From NCBI RefSeq assembly GCF_009914755.1, contig NC_060925.1: DNA of 64,000 nt; one strand, given 5' to 3'. Below, piece after piece: positions 14,645 through 29,304 of the stretch. This stretch comes from the human T2T-CHM13v2.0 reference genome, Homo sapiens. The translations under genes were made by a program, and so were the position numbers. A model generated the notes under the pieces. It saw only the letters and a program-made list of their open reading frames with translations, ran no database searches and was not told where the DNA came from. Each line of letters opens with the position of its first letter. Within the stretch, counting starts at the first letter, position 1.

Positions 14645-16517
14645 GAGGGAGATAGAGGGAAAGGAGTGAAGGGTAGACAAAGACTGATTATAATGAAGGA
14701 TTGCAGGAACTAATCTGAGTAAGGAGGGAAACGGGAATGTGAGGAAAGTATGGCACAGTGAAAGAAAAGCAGGAGGGATACATTTACTCTTCAAATATTT
14801 GTTGAGTGTCTAAAATGTGCCAGATTCCATGGTAAGAAGGGGATCTGAGGGAATTAGTAGTCTCTGCTTGCTAGATGAAGAAGTGGCTTCGTATGATATT
14901 GTGGCAATTCTTATGGACTTGAACAACAGGTTCCTCATGACTATGAAGATGTCCTGCCATCTACTGTGGTTTGGAACCACAAAAGATGGGGGTGGCGGGG
15001 AGTGGTTTCCCCAGAGAGGCAGATCCAATGCCGTGGCACTGGCCAAAATGTTAGCAGGTTTATTGGGCCTCCCTGGAGGGCCCTAGGCTCAGATCCTAAA
15101 GCCCAGCTATTGAATGTATGTTCCTACTCTGAGGACTGGTTTGTGTAAGCTCCCACAGAGAAAACATTTCTTGCCAAAGCCCTGAAGCAGGAGATAGGAG
15201 GGCACTTCCAAAAAATAAAATGCTGGAATACAGACGCCCAGGGGGAAAGAGGCATCAGATGGAGCTAGAAAGAAAATCAGGAGCCTCTGTAAGCAAATCG
15301 ACTCTGTAAGCAAAAGGAAGAAGCTCTATCTATTATAATATCCGGGGATGGTAAGGCCAACTTAGAGCCACCGTAGACTAGGACAAGGAATGAATGGTGT
15401 TCCAAAACCCTTGACTAAAAAACTAGACTTCAAAGTGATTTTAAATGACAGCAAATCCTAAGAAATGCTTTCAAGTTGAAATGAATTATTAGCTCCATTG
15501 TGCACTTGTTTTTCCTTTTAGCCCAGCTATTCCCATATGTAGTTTTTAACACTGCAACTCTCTCCAGTGACCTTAAGGAACATCAGAATTTTGGAACAAA
15601 ATTAAATTTAATTAAAATAGTTAAACTATTTCATTACAACTCTTATAAGAAAGAGCGGAGAGTGACTGATGACCAAAAAATCAAATAAACAGGCTGTCTT
15701 AAAATAGAAAGGTTAGCAATCATTTACTCAAATCTTTAGTTAATAAATGCATAATGAAGTTTCCAGTCTTTCCACTGCAATTGTTTATGTACTCTCATGT
15801 GGGATTTTATTGTCATTTAATTACATTGGAAAAGGCGCAAAGCAGGCAGGGTACTTTAGTAAACAGTCTTTTCTCTAGCTGCATCAAAGTATCATCATTT
15901 GCTATTGTCTTTCAAGAGCTATTCCTTACACAAGAAAAGAGCCAAGTTAGTGCTTGTTTTCTGTCTTTTGACCAGTCTCTACTGTCTATAGAACCCATGA
16001 TTATAAGGGAACCACTAAGACCGAAACAGAGAGGATGCTAAAAGAAGGAAAAAAATTAACTGGGTTGCTTCAAGGTTGGTCTGCCCTAAAATGTTTCTGA
16101 ACAATCAAAAGAGATCTGAATTCATTTATCAATAATAGCATTAAGTACAACAATCATTTGGAAGGTTTTCTAGGAGCTCTGACCATTTTTGTTTGTATAT
16201 TATCTCTAGATAATGAAACAAGGCTGAGAGAGACTTTTTTTTGACAAAGATGATTCCATCCTCATTCTTAAGCATGTTCTTCATTCACTTAGCTTCCGGG
16301 ACACTTGCCCTCTGAAGGTTTTATCCACCTCCTTGGCCTCTCCTTCTGAGCTCCTCTTTCCCTGCTTGACCCCTGCTGCTCCAGGGCCCAAACTTTCCAC
16401 CTACACTCTGTGGCAGAGCAAAGTTCGCCAGTCCTGTAGCTGGAATACCAACTTCATACTGAAAAATGCCTCCAGCTCTGACTTCTCTAAGCTCCAATTC
16501 AAAGTGCCAAAATGATT

Positions 16518-17055
16518 TATTTTCCAGCTTTATTGGAGTATAATTGACAAATAAACATGGCATATATTTAATGCATACAATTTGATGTTTTGATAAACAT
16601 TTTCATTGTAAAACGATTACCACAATCAAGCTAGTTAACATATCCATAGCTATATAATAATTATTTTTTGGCAGATCTCTCTTACTCTCTTAGCAAATCT
16701 CATGTGCACAATAGAGTACCGTTAACTATAGTCACCATGCTGTATTTTAGATCTCTAGAACTTATTCATCTCACGTACCTGAAACTTTGTACTCTTTGAC
16801 CAATGTCTTCCCACTTCCCTCCCTTCCCAACCCCTGGTACCACCACTGTACTCTGTGCTTCTAGGAGTTTGACTATTATTTAGATTTCACATATAAGTGA
16901 GATCATGTAGTATTTGTCTTTCTGTGTCTGACTTACTTCACTTAACATAATGCCTTCCAAGCCCATCCATGTTGTTATACGTGGCAGGATTTCCTTCTTT
17001 TTTTAAGGCTGAATATATTTCATTATTCCACAATATACTACATTTTCTTTATCCA
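16518..17055 (-). mobile_element. L1MA/MB 3' end
   Basis: ctttattggagtataattgacaaataa...catataagtgagatcatgtagtatttgtctttctgtgtctgactt. Confidence 0.88.
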
Positions 17056-17065
17056 AACTTAATAT

Positions 17066-17497
17066 GTGTGTAGTTTTCTATTGCTGCTGCAACAAATTAC
17101 CACAAACATAGTGACTTAAAACAGCATTTGTCAGCAGAATTACATTCCTTCTGGAAGCTTCAGGGGCGAATTCTTTCAATGCCTTGCCTTTTCAGCTTCT
17201 GCAGCCGCCTTCATCCTTTGGCTTGTGGCTCCTTCCTCCATCTTCTATGTACATCATTCCAAACTCAGGTTCCAGTGTCCCATCTCCTTTATCAGATTCT
17301 GATTCCTCCTGTGTCCCTCTTATAAGGACCCTTTGATGACACTGAGCCCACCTGGATAATCCAGGATATTTTTGCATATCAAGGTCCTTAACTTAATCAC
17401 ATTTGTAATGTAAAGTCCCTTTTGCCACATAAGGCAACATACTCATGCATTCTAGGGATTTAGGATATGGACATCATAGTGGGAGAAGCACTATTTT
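17066..17497 (-). mobile_element. MaLR LTR (MLT1B/C-like)
   Basis: ttgctgctgcaacaaattaccacaaacatagtgacttaaaac...ccttaacttaatcacatttg. Confidence 0.82.
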
Positions 17498-17869
17498 GTT
17501 TTAAACTTGAGTATTTTTAACTCCATAGTGCAAATTCTATGGTTGGTGCTATCTTTTGAGCCTCAACATACCACCACTCATCTAGTCCTGGCAGAGCTGA
17601 GCTGGAGAATTCTGGGCCTGGAGTAGTTCCAAGACTCCAAGGAAGAAATCCCAGTGTTGTAACAATGATGATAGCCTTGATATTCTCTTATCAGATTCTC
17701 TTCTCCATCAAGGTATTTTTACAGTATGTTATAAGCAATCCCTATCACTCCACAAAAGAATTAATAGATACAGTCTGCTCTAAATGTGCAAATCATAACA
17801 CATTCATAAAGATGGCACAAGGTTTGCTGAAGGGTATTACTCTTAGCACTCTGCACTATGTGAAATAAT

Positions 17870-18110
17870 AATAATACTGAGAGTACCTAACATTTTGTGA
17901 GCACCGTTGTTTCCTAGATGTGTTCACGTGTTCATTATATCATTTAATTCTTAATATAATTACAAAGTATAGGTATTATCATTTTTGTTGATAAAGAAAT
18001 TGATGTTTATAGGTGTTGAGTGAATTACCATATAGCTTCAAATGAAGAGAAGGGAGTCTAAGACTGTTCTAGCTGCCTCCAAAGCCAATATTCTTTTCTA
18101 TAAGGCCAAA
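17870..18110 (-). mobile_element. MIR SINE, diverged
   Basis: catttaattctt...taggtattatcattt...gataaagaaattga. Confidence 0.5.
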
Positions 18111-18689
18111 TACCTTCCAGAGCAAAGGAGAAATTTCCTGCTGAACTCTTCATTCATCCCCAATAAATATAAGAACAAAATTAAAATGTAGGGCACTGGT
18201 GAATTGCTTTCTGGAATTTTTTTCTTGGGAACCTCAAAGGAGTGACAGTGACTTGTGTAGATTTTGCAAATTGCAATATCCCCTAGCTCTCATGTAGGTT
18301 ATCATCGTGCTGGGAGCATGATAAATACTCAGTAAATACTTGGTGAAGGTTGTTGAATAAATTTAGGTGCAAATAAGCAAACTTTTTCAGATAACTGGTT
18401 ATTTTTCATTTTTTCCATGAGGTCACAAGGGATTTAGTTGGGGAAAGAGAAGATAAGCCCAGAAAGTATACTAATAGTAGGATTCCTAAACAGAGCAGGG
18501 AAGGGACGCTCCTCATTGCAGAGCTCCACGCCCCATGGAAATGACAGCTTCTGAAGAAGTTGTAGGGTGGTAACCACCACCGCACAGATCTACCAAGTAA
18601 GGGTATGAAATCCTTTTGCCCTTACCAATTTAGTCGTTAAACCTCCTCCCTCACCACTCTTCATTTACTTACGCACAGGACTAACATAT

Positions 18690-19085
18690 ACTAAATCCCT
18701 ACAATAAGCCAGTCTCAGTGCTGAATTCTAAGGATATAAAGATAATTAGGAATCAGTCCCTGCCCTAAAGAGGGTAAAAACACAATAATAGAAGAAAAAT
18801 ATAGAAAATAAATTCACTAAGGTATTATAGGGGCTACAACAAATTTTATCATTTATAGTGGGAAGCTCAAAATCAGAATGGTAAATTCTACCTGATTAGA
18901 GGTGAAAGTGAGGTCAGAAGAGGCTTCAGAGAAAAGGGGAGTTTAAGGAATGTTTAGGTTCTCTCAGGTTTGGGGGAAAGGGTAAGAGATAGGTGGAGAA
19001 ACAGGGATGTGTCCAGATAGAGGGAATAACATGAGCAAAGGTGCAGAGATATTGAACTGTTGTGTTTTATAGAAACTGAAAACAG
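18690..19085 (-). mobile_element. L2 fragment
   Basis: cagtccctgccct...agaggcttcagaga...catgagcaaaggtgcagag. Confidence 0.55.
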
Positions 19086-20864
19086 GTTGGTTTCATGGCT
19101 ACTTTTCATTTTGAGAAAATGATCATTAGTCAAAAACATAGTTTGATTTAACACAACAAGTGCCTTCCACTTCTACAGTTTGCAATTGCTTTGGCCTTAG
19201 CTGCAGGTAACTCTGCTAAATTCCCCACGCTGTGTCTCCTTCTAGACAAGCACAGGGCAGGATTTCTACCTAAGAAGCTTCAGCTCTGCAGCTAGGTAAA
19301 GTCACCATTTTCTATGCCCAGCCAAGGAATGCATGAAGCTCCCTGCTCTCCCTCCCTTGTCTTCCTGCATCAGTCTTCATTTTCTTCCTCCTATTGTCTC
19401 CTCCACACCCCCACCTCCACTCCATCTCTTCAGTGGAACCTTGCAAGAAGCTAATGTGTACCTAGCTGCCTGTTCTCATGTGAGCCAATAGAACTAATCA
19501 AGGTACCAGTGGAAAAACAAGCAGAGATTTGATCCATCATTAAGCTAAACCAAAACACAGAGTCTCTAGGGATTTTGTGTGTGCGTGTGTGTGTCTTTCC
19601 TAGGTTCATAAATCTTAGAAATGAGAATAAGAGCAAAATAATTAAGGGATAAGTCTGAGTTCTTGAACCTTGAATACTTTCCCCCATCTTGTGTTTATTT
19701 TTGTACCCACCACTTAATCTACACGAAGAGAAGTCCACATTAAGGAAGTCCTTTATGAAAAAAATCACATCAACAGGTGATTAAAATTTTCTCTTGATAT
19801 ACTTTTACATAAGCATTGCGAGCTTATTGAGGGATAAGCATCTTGGAAATACAGTATTTCCAAGTCTAAATGTCAAACATAATTCAAAAATAGCCCACTG
19901 GAGTGTTTCCCCCAAACAAAGCAAATCCTCCTCCAAACCCAACATGTCATGGGTGTGCAAAGTTTAAAACAAGGGCAGAGGACTCTACAATAAATCCCAA
20001 AATATTGGCAGGCCTGTAAAATATTTATGATTGGCCACGTATTATGAGACTCTATTTCTAGTACATTCTTCCTAAACAACAGGACTTTCTGCATTTTCAA
20101 AGAGCTATCCTGGATAATCACCAAAAAGTAAATATCATGAGTAAAGATGTTCAAAATTAGTAGTATTAAAAACAGTGATATTTTAAAAAATACAAGATAT
20201 TTGTATTTCACCACCATCCACGCTTAGAGTTTTCCTTTTTTTCATGTTTAACTCTCAAACTTCTATATATCTGTGAGAAGTATGGTTTCACTTCAGTGTA
20301 GACATCATCACTGTATCTTATAGTCAGAAGAGATTGTCAATATCATTTAATTCAACCTTTTCATTTCACACATGACCAATTGGGTAAATCGTAAGGAGCG
20401 CCTGCTAAGAGGTACTGTACCAGGGCTGTAGGAGAGATCTTGATGGGAAAAAAAGATGCATGATTCCTTAAATCATTTGGAAAAAAATTATTTCATTTCT
20501 GTGTTAAAGAAGGTTTATATCTACTTGAAGAGATTCAGTAATGTATACATATAGATTAAAGCAAAAAAGGATAACTGCAGAAAGGCTGATCCAAACCAAG
20601 TGCAATACATAGACTAAAGGAAGTCATTTTGCCTGGTGGAATGTTGGAAGGCTATCTCAGGTAATAGGATTTAGACTAGATTAAAAGGATCAATATATTT
20701 TCATTAAATAGCAGTGCAATAAACAGTTATTTTCCATAGATGGAATAGTGTTAGTAAAGATTCCTATATGATAAAGAATATGTGTGTCCCAGGAGTTCTA
20801 AAACCAGATTTGGTAGAAGCAACAGAAGGAATCATTAGGACTTCTTAATATTGAGAATTAAACA

Positions 20865-21335
20865 ATAAGTTTGCTTCTGGCTACAAGAAGTAGAATCTCA
20901 ATTTAACCAAATAAAGCCACTTAGTCCAGAGTTAGGTACTTCCAGACATATTTATTCAGTAGCTTCTTAAATTCATCAGGGAAATGCTTTTTCCACTTTA
21001 GCTCTACTCTGCCATCCTCACCATGTTAAGTTGAATCTCTCCTCATGTCACCAGGTGGCCTCTGCAGTCTGGCATCACTCCAGGTACCACAGCATCCTAT
21101 GTAAGAAAAGAGACTGTTTCATCCCTGCATCTCCTTTTAATAATGAAGAGATTTTTTCCAGAAGCTCTCCAGCTGAGTTCTTATCAGCTAGACCTAGATC
21201 ACATACTCATCCTTACACCAGTCTCTGATAAGACAAAAGTATTACCAAAACTGAGCAGTGTTTTACCTTCGAGGCACAGGAAGAGAAGTCAGGGCTTCGC
21301 TAACAAAGAAAAAGGGAGACTGGCTCTTGACTAGG
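20865..21335 (-). mobile_element. Old MaLR LTR (MLT1J/K/L-like)
   Basis: ggctacaagaagtagaa...ttttccagaagctctccagc; boundaries approximate. Confidence 0.5.
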
Positions 21336-23049
21336 CAACTCACAACGTTAAGGAACCACAGCTATTCCCTGAAGCCTGTTGGAGGAAAAGGTAAAGTAAA
21401 GGGCTTCTCTCCCTATTTAGAACAATGGCTCCTTTACAAAGGCTGGGAAGATGGTGGTTGGGAGTTCCTCTAGGCAACAACAGACCTTATTCAATAGATG
21501 ATGGTTTGGGGTTTGGGCCATGGCACCTTCACATCCTACTCAAATCACTAGGTGGTCAGGTCCATAAGGAGGACAGGAGCAGAGAGAGGCCATAGTTCAA
21601 GGTCAAGATTTTTAGAGAAGTTTGTAAGTTCTTCTCTTCCTTCCTAGTGTTGGGCAGGTGAGCCTCATAACATCATTAGGCACCAATCTTAGGCACTCTG
21701 AGGGTAGGTCCTTCCCAATTGCATGTCTCTTGCCAGTCATATAATGCAATCCATATATTTAAAGAGTTTCTCAAATCAATTCAAATCTCAAATCAATTTA
21801 TTGTTTTGTCAATTACTTTATTTCAGAACATGATGTCAGAATTCTTAATACCTCAGTAAAGGTAATGTTTTGGGTAAAGTAACTGTTGCATCCTGCGTCA
21901 AGGGCATATAATCTGGGCACCCAAGTCAATTTTCATAATCATATGTTGCTACATTGTCATTTTAGTAAGGAAATGATGATGATGTTTTGTGAAACCACAT
22001 CTTTTTTTCAGCTACTGTTTTTTACTTTATGATAGGAGGGGAAAAACACAAAAACAGAATGAGTCACTCCATTGCCACCACTTCTCTATCATTTTCCTTC
22101 CTGTTTTCCTATTGGAGGTTGCAGTTAAGGTCACTTCTGGACTCATTAGAGTCTCAAATCAGGCTTAGATGAAAGCACTGAGGAGATGTTTTGTCCTTCA
22201 TTTGACAAATATTTATTCTAGAACACTGTTCCAAAGAATTAAAAATCTAAATAAAATATAGCCATCCAGGCAGCTAGCAGAAAAATAATGAAATAAAAGT
22301 ACATTTATTGGCATGGAAAGTTGTTCACAATAAAGGAAAATATATATCCATAAGCATTGTTCACTTTTCTGTGTGTATGTGTGAGTAGAGACTGTGTGTA
22401 TGTATCTATCCAGATATTTTTTTTCATTATTCATGTATATACATAGATATATTGAGCGTGTAGTGTGCTATCTTAAACAAACAAAACACTTGCCTGTAGT
22501 TACTCTGTCTTCTAAGAGCTGGTGTAGGGGTGGTAGACAGTGATGTAGAAGGTGGTCAGAATCACAGCTTTCATGCCAGTGGGAGAATAAATCTCTATAC
22601 TGCTTTCTTTTGCCTACACAAGCCAGTACAAAAGGAGTCTTGCCTAAGATTTTAATCATGTTAAAAGAAAGATTAAAATTTCAAAATTTAGGGTAAGTTT
22701 TGCCTAATACATTTTAACTTTAGAGCAATGCACATTTGCATAACAAAAATCTCAAAGAACATAGTTTCTATCTTTAAGGAGCTCTTTTAGAAAAACACAG
22801 AGGAAGAAGTCACTGCCTCTACCTGGAGGTACCCAGGTAGGCTCCCTCAAGGAGTTGGTCTTTAAATTGGGTTTTAAATGAAAAGTCCTCAGAAAATAAA
22901 CAGCACATGTTAAAGCATAAAGGAGCCTGGCAATTCAGTAGGACTGGACCTCAGACAGGGGTGTATGGAGACCCACATATGGAAGGGAGTGTAAGTGGTA
23001 GCAAAAGGCTGTAACAGCAAATGGGGCCCAGATAATGAAAATGTAAGCC

Positions 23050-23381
23050 AGCCGGGCATGGTGGCTCACTCTTGTTAATCCCAGCACTTTGGGAAGCCAA
23101 GGCAAGAGGATTGCTTGAGTCAATGAGTTCAAGACTAACCTGGGCAACATAGTGACACCTCTGTCTCTACAAAAAAAATTTTTTTTAAATTAGCTGAGTG
23201 TAGTGGCACACACCTGTAGCCCTAGCTACTCAGGAGGCTGAGGCAGGAGGATCACTTTAGCCTGGGAGGTCAAAGCTGCAGTGAGCCGTGATCACACCAC
23301 TGCACTCCAGCCTAGGCAACAGAGTAAGACCCCATCTCAAAAAAAAAAAAAAAAAAGACAGAAAGAAAAAGAAAAGAAAAA
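23050..23381 (+). mobile_element. Alu (AluJ)
   Basis: Full dimer with ggattgcttgag and ggaggatcac J diagnostics; A/AAAAG tail. Confidence 0.95.
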
Positions 23382-23705
23382 GTAATCATCTCCAAATGAG
23401 ATTTCACCTTCAACATCATGAAGAGTCACTGAAGATTATATTTCCTTTAACAAAAAAGAACACATAATTTTAAAAGTGTTTTTATGTAAATTTTTGTAAT
23501 CATAGAACAAAGGATATAGGGAACTAACTCTTTGTTCTTAACCTGAAGCTTTAGATCCTTTAGACTAATTCTCTTGGAGTAGAGCAGCACATCCAAAGTG
23601 GGGCTCCGGACTGGGATCAGCCAATAACACATTTCTCACCAGACCAGGGGGAAATAACAGACATAAGAACAATGTAGGGAATTTTGTATAAAACTAAATC
23701 TATTC

Positions 23706-23880
23706 TGTATTTTATTTTAATGTGTGTACATTTAAGGAGCACGAGCACAGTTTTGTTACATGGATAGACTGTGTAGTGGGCTTTTAGTATAACCATCACC
23801 TGAATAGTGTACATGGTTCCCTCCTCTCACCATCTACTCATCTCTCACCCCCTCTCACCCTCCCACTCTTCTGAGTCTTT
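23706..23880 (-). mobile_element. L1MA 3' end fragment
   Basis: cagttttgttacatggatag...ccatcacctgaatagtgtacat. Confidence 0.75.
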
Positions 23881-25669
23881 ATTCAGTATTTTGAAATTTA
23901 TTTTTAATGTCTCTCATTAGCAAAACAAAAAGGAAATTGGCAATCCCATGTTGGTGTCCCCTAATGTATTTTTACTTTCTTGTTCATTAAAGCTGAAGTT
24001 CAGGGAACTACTGGACTACAGTTGTGTAGTTTCACTAGACGCTGAAACTAGCCAGAAAAAGGAAAATAAGCAGGGCAAAACACATAAAAACAAGCGAGCA
24101 ATCAAAGAGTTAGAGGAAATTCCAGTGGTCTAGGAGAAAATGTGGAGGTGAAAAAGGAACTGAATTTAATAACAAATAAAGCATTAGTTTCCTGCAAAGT
24201 TGAAATAAATATTTTATTTTAAAAAAAGAGACATTGTACATTCTTCTTTTAAATTTTTCGTGCCAAATACCTAGTTTATACTTTGTATTTTTAGAAGAAT
24301 CATTTGAGGCTTAAAATGCAAGGCGTGTGTATATATAAATGTCTTTCCTTTATGAGATACGTGTCTTCTGCACAGAGGGCTGTAAAAAATTATCTAAAAT
24401 TTTTTTAATAATAAGAAAATTTTTGCCAAATAAATCTTTATTCTCATATTTTTTAAATGCTAAAGAACCTCTCTCAGTAGATTGTGTTGTCAATTCTAGC
24501 ATGGAAGAATTAGAATCATGTTCTGGCTTGTGCAGTGCAGAGGAATTACAGGATATTTGCTGGGCGTTTCACCTTATAATTCACTTTTCCTCTGTGTGAT
24601 CTTCTCTTTCTAATGTTGTTCTTTTCTTTCTCCTATAGTCAATTTACTTGCAAGCACCTACTCCTAGTTTGTTTCCTGAGTGGTTGTAGGTATCTGCCAC
24701 AGGCTGATAAACTTCCCGAGGTCAGTTACCTCTTAGTCTTAGTCTTCTCTTAGTATCCCTGCAGAGAACCCAGGCCCATAGACTCATTTAAGCTTGTTTA
24801 CTTACTTTGCCTTCCCTCAAAGAGCGATAAAGAAAATGACCTTAGCTCCATAATCCTCAACTCTGATTTATAGAACAAGGCATCCCATTAGTGGCTTTCA
24901 TTTCCATCCTATCAGTCAATTGTGTTTTGGCAGGATACCTCAAAGTTAAACATCATAAAGCTAGATTTAATGTTAACTTATTGCTATGTAAATGGAAATA
25001 TCCTTTTCATATTTCACTTTCTATTTGTGTTAGATCATAAAAAATTAAATCCATCTAGCTCTAGCATATAATAATGCATGTTTAGAGACAAGAATAGGAA
25101 TCAGAAGGGTAGATTTGAAAATAAGTTTGAAAATGACAAAAAGATATTTAAATCAGACTTCATCTTTTAAAGAGCAAACATTTGTGCTTTATAAAATTCA
25201 CTAAATTTATTTGTTTCCTTAAAATAATAAGAGGATAAAATTTGAAGCTCCATATGCAAGTTTTAAAAATGATAATTTTAAAATGTTAATTCTTTGTTAG
25301 CTAAGGAAGTATTTTGGATATATCTCTTCCACAATTTTATCTTCTTCTTTTCAATAATTATTTTTAACATAAATTTAGCTTATAATTTCATCATCAAAGC
25401 TTTAAGAAATCCATAAGTATTTTTAGCAACATTGTAAATCTCTCTTATTTCTATTCTGCTTTTTTCCATTCCATTTTTTATTATAGTTAAAAATAACTAT
25501 AATACTAGCCCAGTGTGCATTCTTCCTCTTTGGGGTATATTTTAAGCAACTAACAATGAATCCAATTTGTCAATAGCTCAGAGCGCATATTAGACAGACA
25601 AATACATTAAGCACGGAAATTTGCATTGAAATAAACATACCATCACGACTTCTTAAATTAGGATTCACA

Positions 25670-25915
25670 GTAACTACCATTTAGTGAGTTCTTATCATGT
25701 AGCACACACAGTGCTAAAAATTCAATATGTATAAATACACACATACATATATACATACATATATAATCTTGTTTATTCTTTATAGTAACAGTATGAGGTA
25801 GGTACATTTAACGTTCCCATGTTACAGATAAGGGTACTGACACTTATTAAATGAAGATATTTGGTAAGAGGCAAAGCCAGAAATAAAATTCAGGTTCTGC
25901 CTGTCTAACTCTAAA
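25670..25915 (-). mobile_element. MIR SINE
   Basis: tatgaggtaggtac...cccatgttacagataagggtactga. Confidence 0.6.
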
Positions 25916-26185
25916 ATCTATAGACAATAACCTGCATAATTGCAAAGTGGGCAGACTGATAACCTTATAAAATCAGGATCACCCAAATTCAAAATGACAC
26001 CCAACACTCTCTGACCCTTATTACATAATTTCTCTAGTGAGCAAACACTGTCATACTTTGCAAAGACAATTTCATACTTCCTCAATGTCTGTCTCATAGC
26101 AGCTGCTCAATAAAGATATGTTAAATAACAATAATAGCAAAGATTTAGATAATGCTATATACAAAGCACTTCTCTTTCTTTCCTA

Positions 26186-26440
26186 TTTTTTTAAGTTTTA
26201 GATTCAGGAGGGACATGTACAGGTTTGTTACATGGATATATTGTGTGATGCTGAGCTTTGGGCTTCTATTGAACCTGTCACCCAAATAGTGAACACAGTA
26301 CCCAATAGGTAGTTTTTCAACCCTTGACCCTCTCCCTCCCCTCTTTTAGTGTCCCCAGTGTCTGTTGTTCCCATCTTTGTGTCCGTGTGTACCCAATGTT
26401 TAGCTCCCACTTTTAAGTGGGAACATGCAGTATTTGACTT
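26186..26440 (-). mobile_element. L1PB 3' end inserted into a MIR
   Basis: caggtttgttacatggatatattgtgtgatgctgag...cacccaaatagtgaacacagtacccaatagg; probable TSD tttct(t/t)(t/a)cct; MIR resumes at 26450-26625. Confidence 0.85.
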
Positions 26441-26449
26441 TTCTTACCT

Positions 26450-26625
26450 TTATACATTTTAACTCATTTAATTTTCTTAACAGCCCTATGAGGGTAGTTA
26501 CTATTGCTAGTCTAATTTTGCAGATGAGGAAATGGAGGCACAAAGAAATTAGATAACTTCTTCTGGGTCATGTAAGTGGAAGAATTAGACTTCAAGCCCA
26601 AGCAGTCTTGTGCCCTAGTTCCACA
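26450..26625 (-). mobile_element. MIR SINE
   Basis: ttttgcagatgaggaaatggaggcacaaag core. Confidence 0.75.
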
Positions 26626-26659
26626 GTCCATAGCCCAAACAAATAAATGAATGAAATAA

Positions 26660-27200
26660 CCAGAATGATTTTTGCCAACATACATCAAATTATCACTGCC
26701 TTGAATCAAATCGTTCAGGGACTCCCCACTAGTATGTAGGATAAAAATGTGCAGTTCATAGTCCAGCCTGTAAGGCCCTATATGATCTACTACTTCATCT
26801 TTCACCTCACATTTTGTGCCCTTCACTCTCCTCGGTCTCATACAGCAGATATCATTCAGTACTTTCCTTCCAATCTGGGTCCTTCACACATGTTGTTTCT
26901 TCTCCCTAGAAGCTCATTCTTAAGACCTTCAACTGATTAACTTGAATTCATCATTCAAGACTCCACCTAAATATAACTTCTTGTGAGACAGTGTCTCTCA
27001 TATGCCTATATAACCAAGGTATCTACTCTTGTTATATAATCTTGTAGTACTTAGTACAGTTTCAAAGGGTATGTGCCTGTCTATCTGTCTCTTCCTCCTT
27101 CATTACACTGTAAATTTGATGAGGGCAGAGACCATGACTTGTTCTAGTACATGTCCTGTACTAGGTACTTGACAGAAGCTTGTTGAAAGTGAGAATGAAT
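26660..27200 (+). mobile_element. L2 3' end
   Basis: atgagggcagagaccatg...ttgttgaaagtgagaatgaataa. Confidence 0.65.
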
Positions 27201-29304
27201 AAACAGCTCAATCAAAAGCATTATTCAAAATGTATTGTCATAATATTGTGCGCGAATGTGTATGAATGCCAATTGCCAAATATATCTGCCAAGCACTAAT
27301 TTAATAATCAAGAATATCCACCAGGTCTCTGAGGAGCTAAGATTGAATATGGTTATCAAGCCAAAGATATAATGAAAACGAAAGAGGATCGGCTTCCTCT
27401 TTTCTCTCATCATGTTAAATGCAGTAACTATAGTTTTATCTGCTACATGTGTGATAACAGCACATCCCCTCTTCATTGAGAAAGGCCTCCCCCTTACCTC
27501 AGTGTCCTGTCACAGGTACGAGCCAGGGACCATGTCAGGCCAGAGTTGTCCATGCTTCAAGCAACAATGATTCCTTAGAACATGAGCACAAGGCCCCACA
27601 TGGGCCAGTCAGAATCCTCCATGTGACTATTAGATTAGTTCAAATTAGGAGCACTTCCTTCTTTGCCTTTGGAGTCACAATTCTAGGAAGATTTAAATTT
27701 AAGCTGCTTAATAGCCATCTTCCCAAGTCGTATGGAAGAAGCCTGTCTGTATCACCAGAAAAAGAGGCCCAATGTGCTAACACAAACAGAAATAAGCAGA
27801 GATGAAAAGCAGAGAGACATCTCTAATTCTCATTTAAGCTATTGTACTCCACTATATCTGAAGTCAGCTGTATTCCAGACTTTCCAGGTAGGTAGGCAAA
27901 CAAGTATTTCTTTTTGATAAAGTTGTTTTGAGAAGATCTTTTTGTCACTTGCAGCCATGTGCCCTGATTCATACATCTTCCCAATCAAATCACAATTCCA
28001 ATACTTGGAAACACAAAGCCTTGGAGGGGCCTGCGTCAAGATTTACAGAAAACTGAAAGATTATAGGCTTGGTTCAGACTTACAGGGAACTTACACACAG
28101 TGCATAAGAACAGAAAATCCTGTCATAATCACAAAAACCATACCAGGTCATACAAAAGCCTGGGAAAGTGGAATGTCCCTGAGGAAAGAAGCAAAAAGGA
28201 AGAAAAGTTACCCCTTCCACAAAAGTGTCCTTTTTTTCCACTGAGGGTTGCTACTATTACAGGTAGAGGCCCAGGAGAAATACTCATCATGTTTCCTGCA
28301 TGTCCAAATGAGAATTCCCATCAAAGCAGGCCTCACTTCCTCTACAGAAGCTACAGGGGTTGCTGTTTGTTTCAACCTAAGTCTGGGTTATCACTATTTT
28401 AAACCTCAAGAACATATAATCCTGCCATCATCTGACTCTTTTGTAGATCTTGTAACATTTGAAATCTTACATCTGTTCCTGTGATGCAATTAACTTTAGA
28501 GTTAGACACCAAGTTTGTTATCCTTGTAATTCCACAGTGTTCCCCGGTGCCTTGGGAGAAGAGAGGCACAACACTACAGACAGAACGAAGAATTTAAAGG
28601 AGCAGCGAAATGAATGTTTTAACTCATAGCAGAACAAATGGTCTGAAAGTTAAGTAAAGGCTCATCTACAAGTGTGGATTTTTGAACATAGAATCCCTAT
28701 CTGTGTTTTGATTTTTTTTTTTTTCCCAAGAGCTTGGTTTTCCAAAGAAAAAGAGATTTGGGTCATATTAATTGCCAACACTTAGAGAGCATTTACTATA
28801 AGGCAGGTGCTGCTTCTTATTTGAACTAATTTAGCCTTCTTAATGATTGTCCGATTGTCTTGAATTTACTGTTGAGAAATGTCAAAGAGGTTACACTGCT
28901 TGTTGAAATTCACACAGCTGTGTAACCACAGCTGTCTCTGCTGTTGCCTTTATCACTACCTTTCCCAGAATCACTTACTGCCTAACAATCTTGGGTATCT
29001 CCATCAGCTCTTTCTCCTCTTTTGTATATCAACAACTTTAAATTTTTATACAAAATATATTTAAAATCTTTTTTAGGGATTTCCATGAAATATCTGCCCT
29101 CCATTTAGCTATTTTGTGATACTTTCTGGGAGATTCTTCTCAACATTATCTTTCATTTACTTTATAGAATTTTTAAAATTTTTAATGAATATTTTCTATT
29201 TCCAGGATCTATTTTTTGGTCTCTGAATTCCCTTCTCAAGGCATCCTTAATTCCCGTGAGAATACTAATTAGAATTTATTTGGTGTTTCTCTCTTTTTTC
29301 TTCC

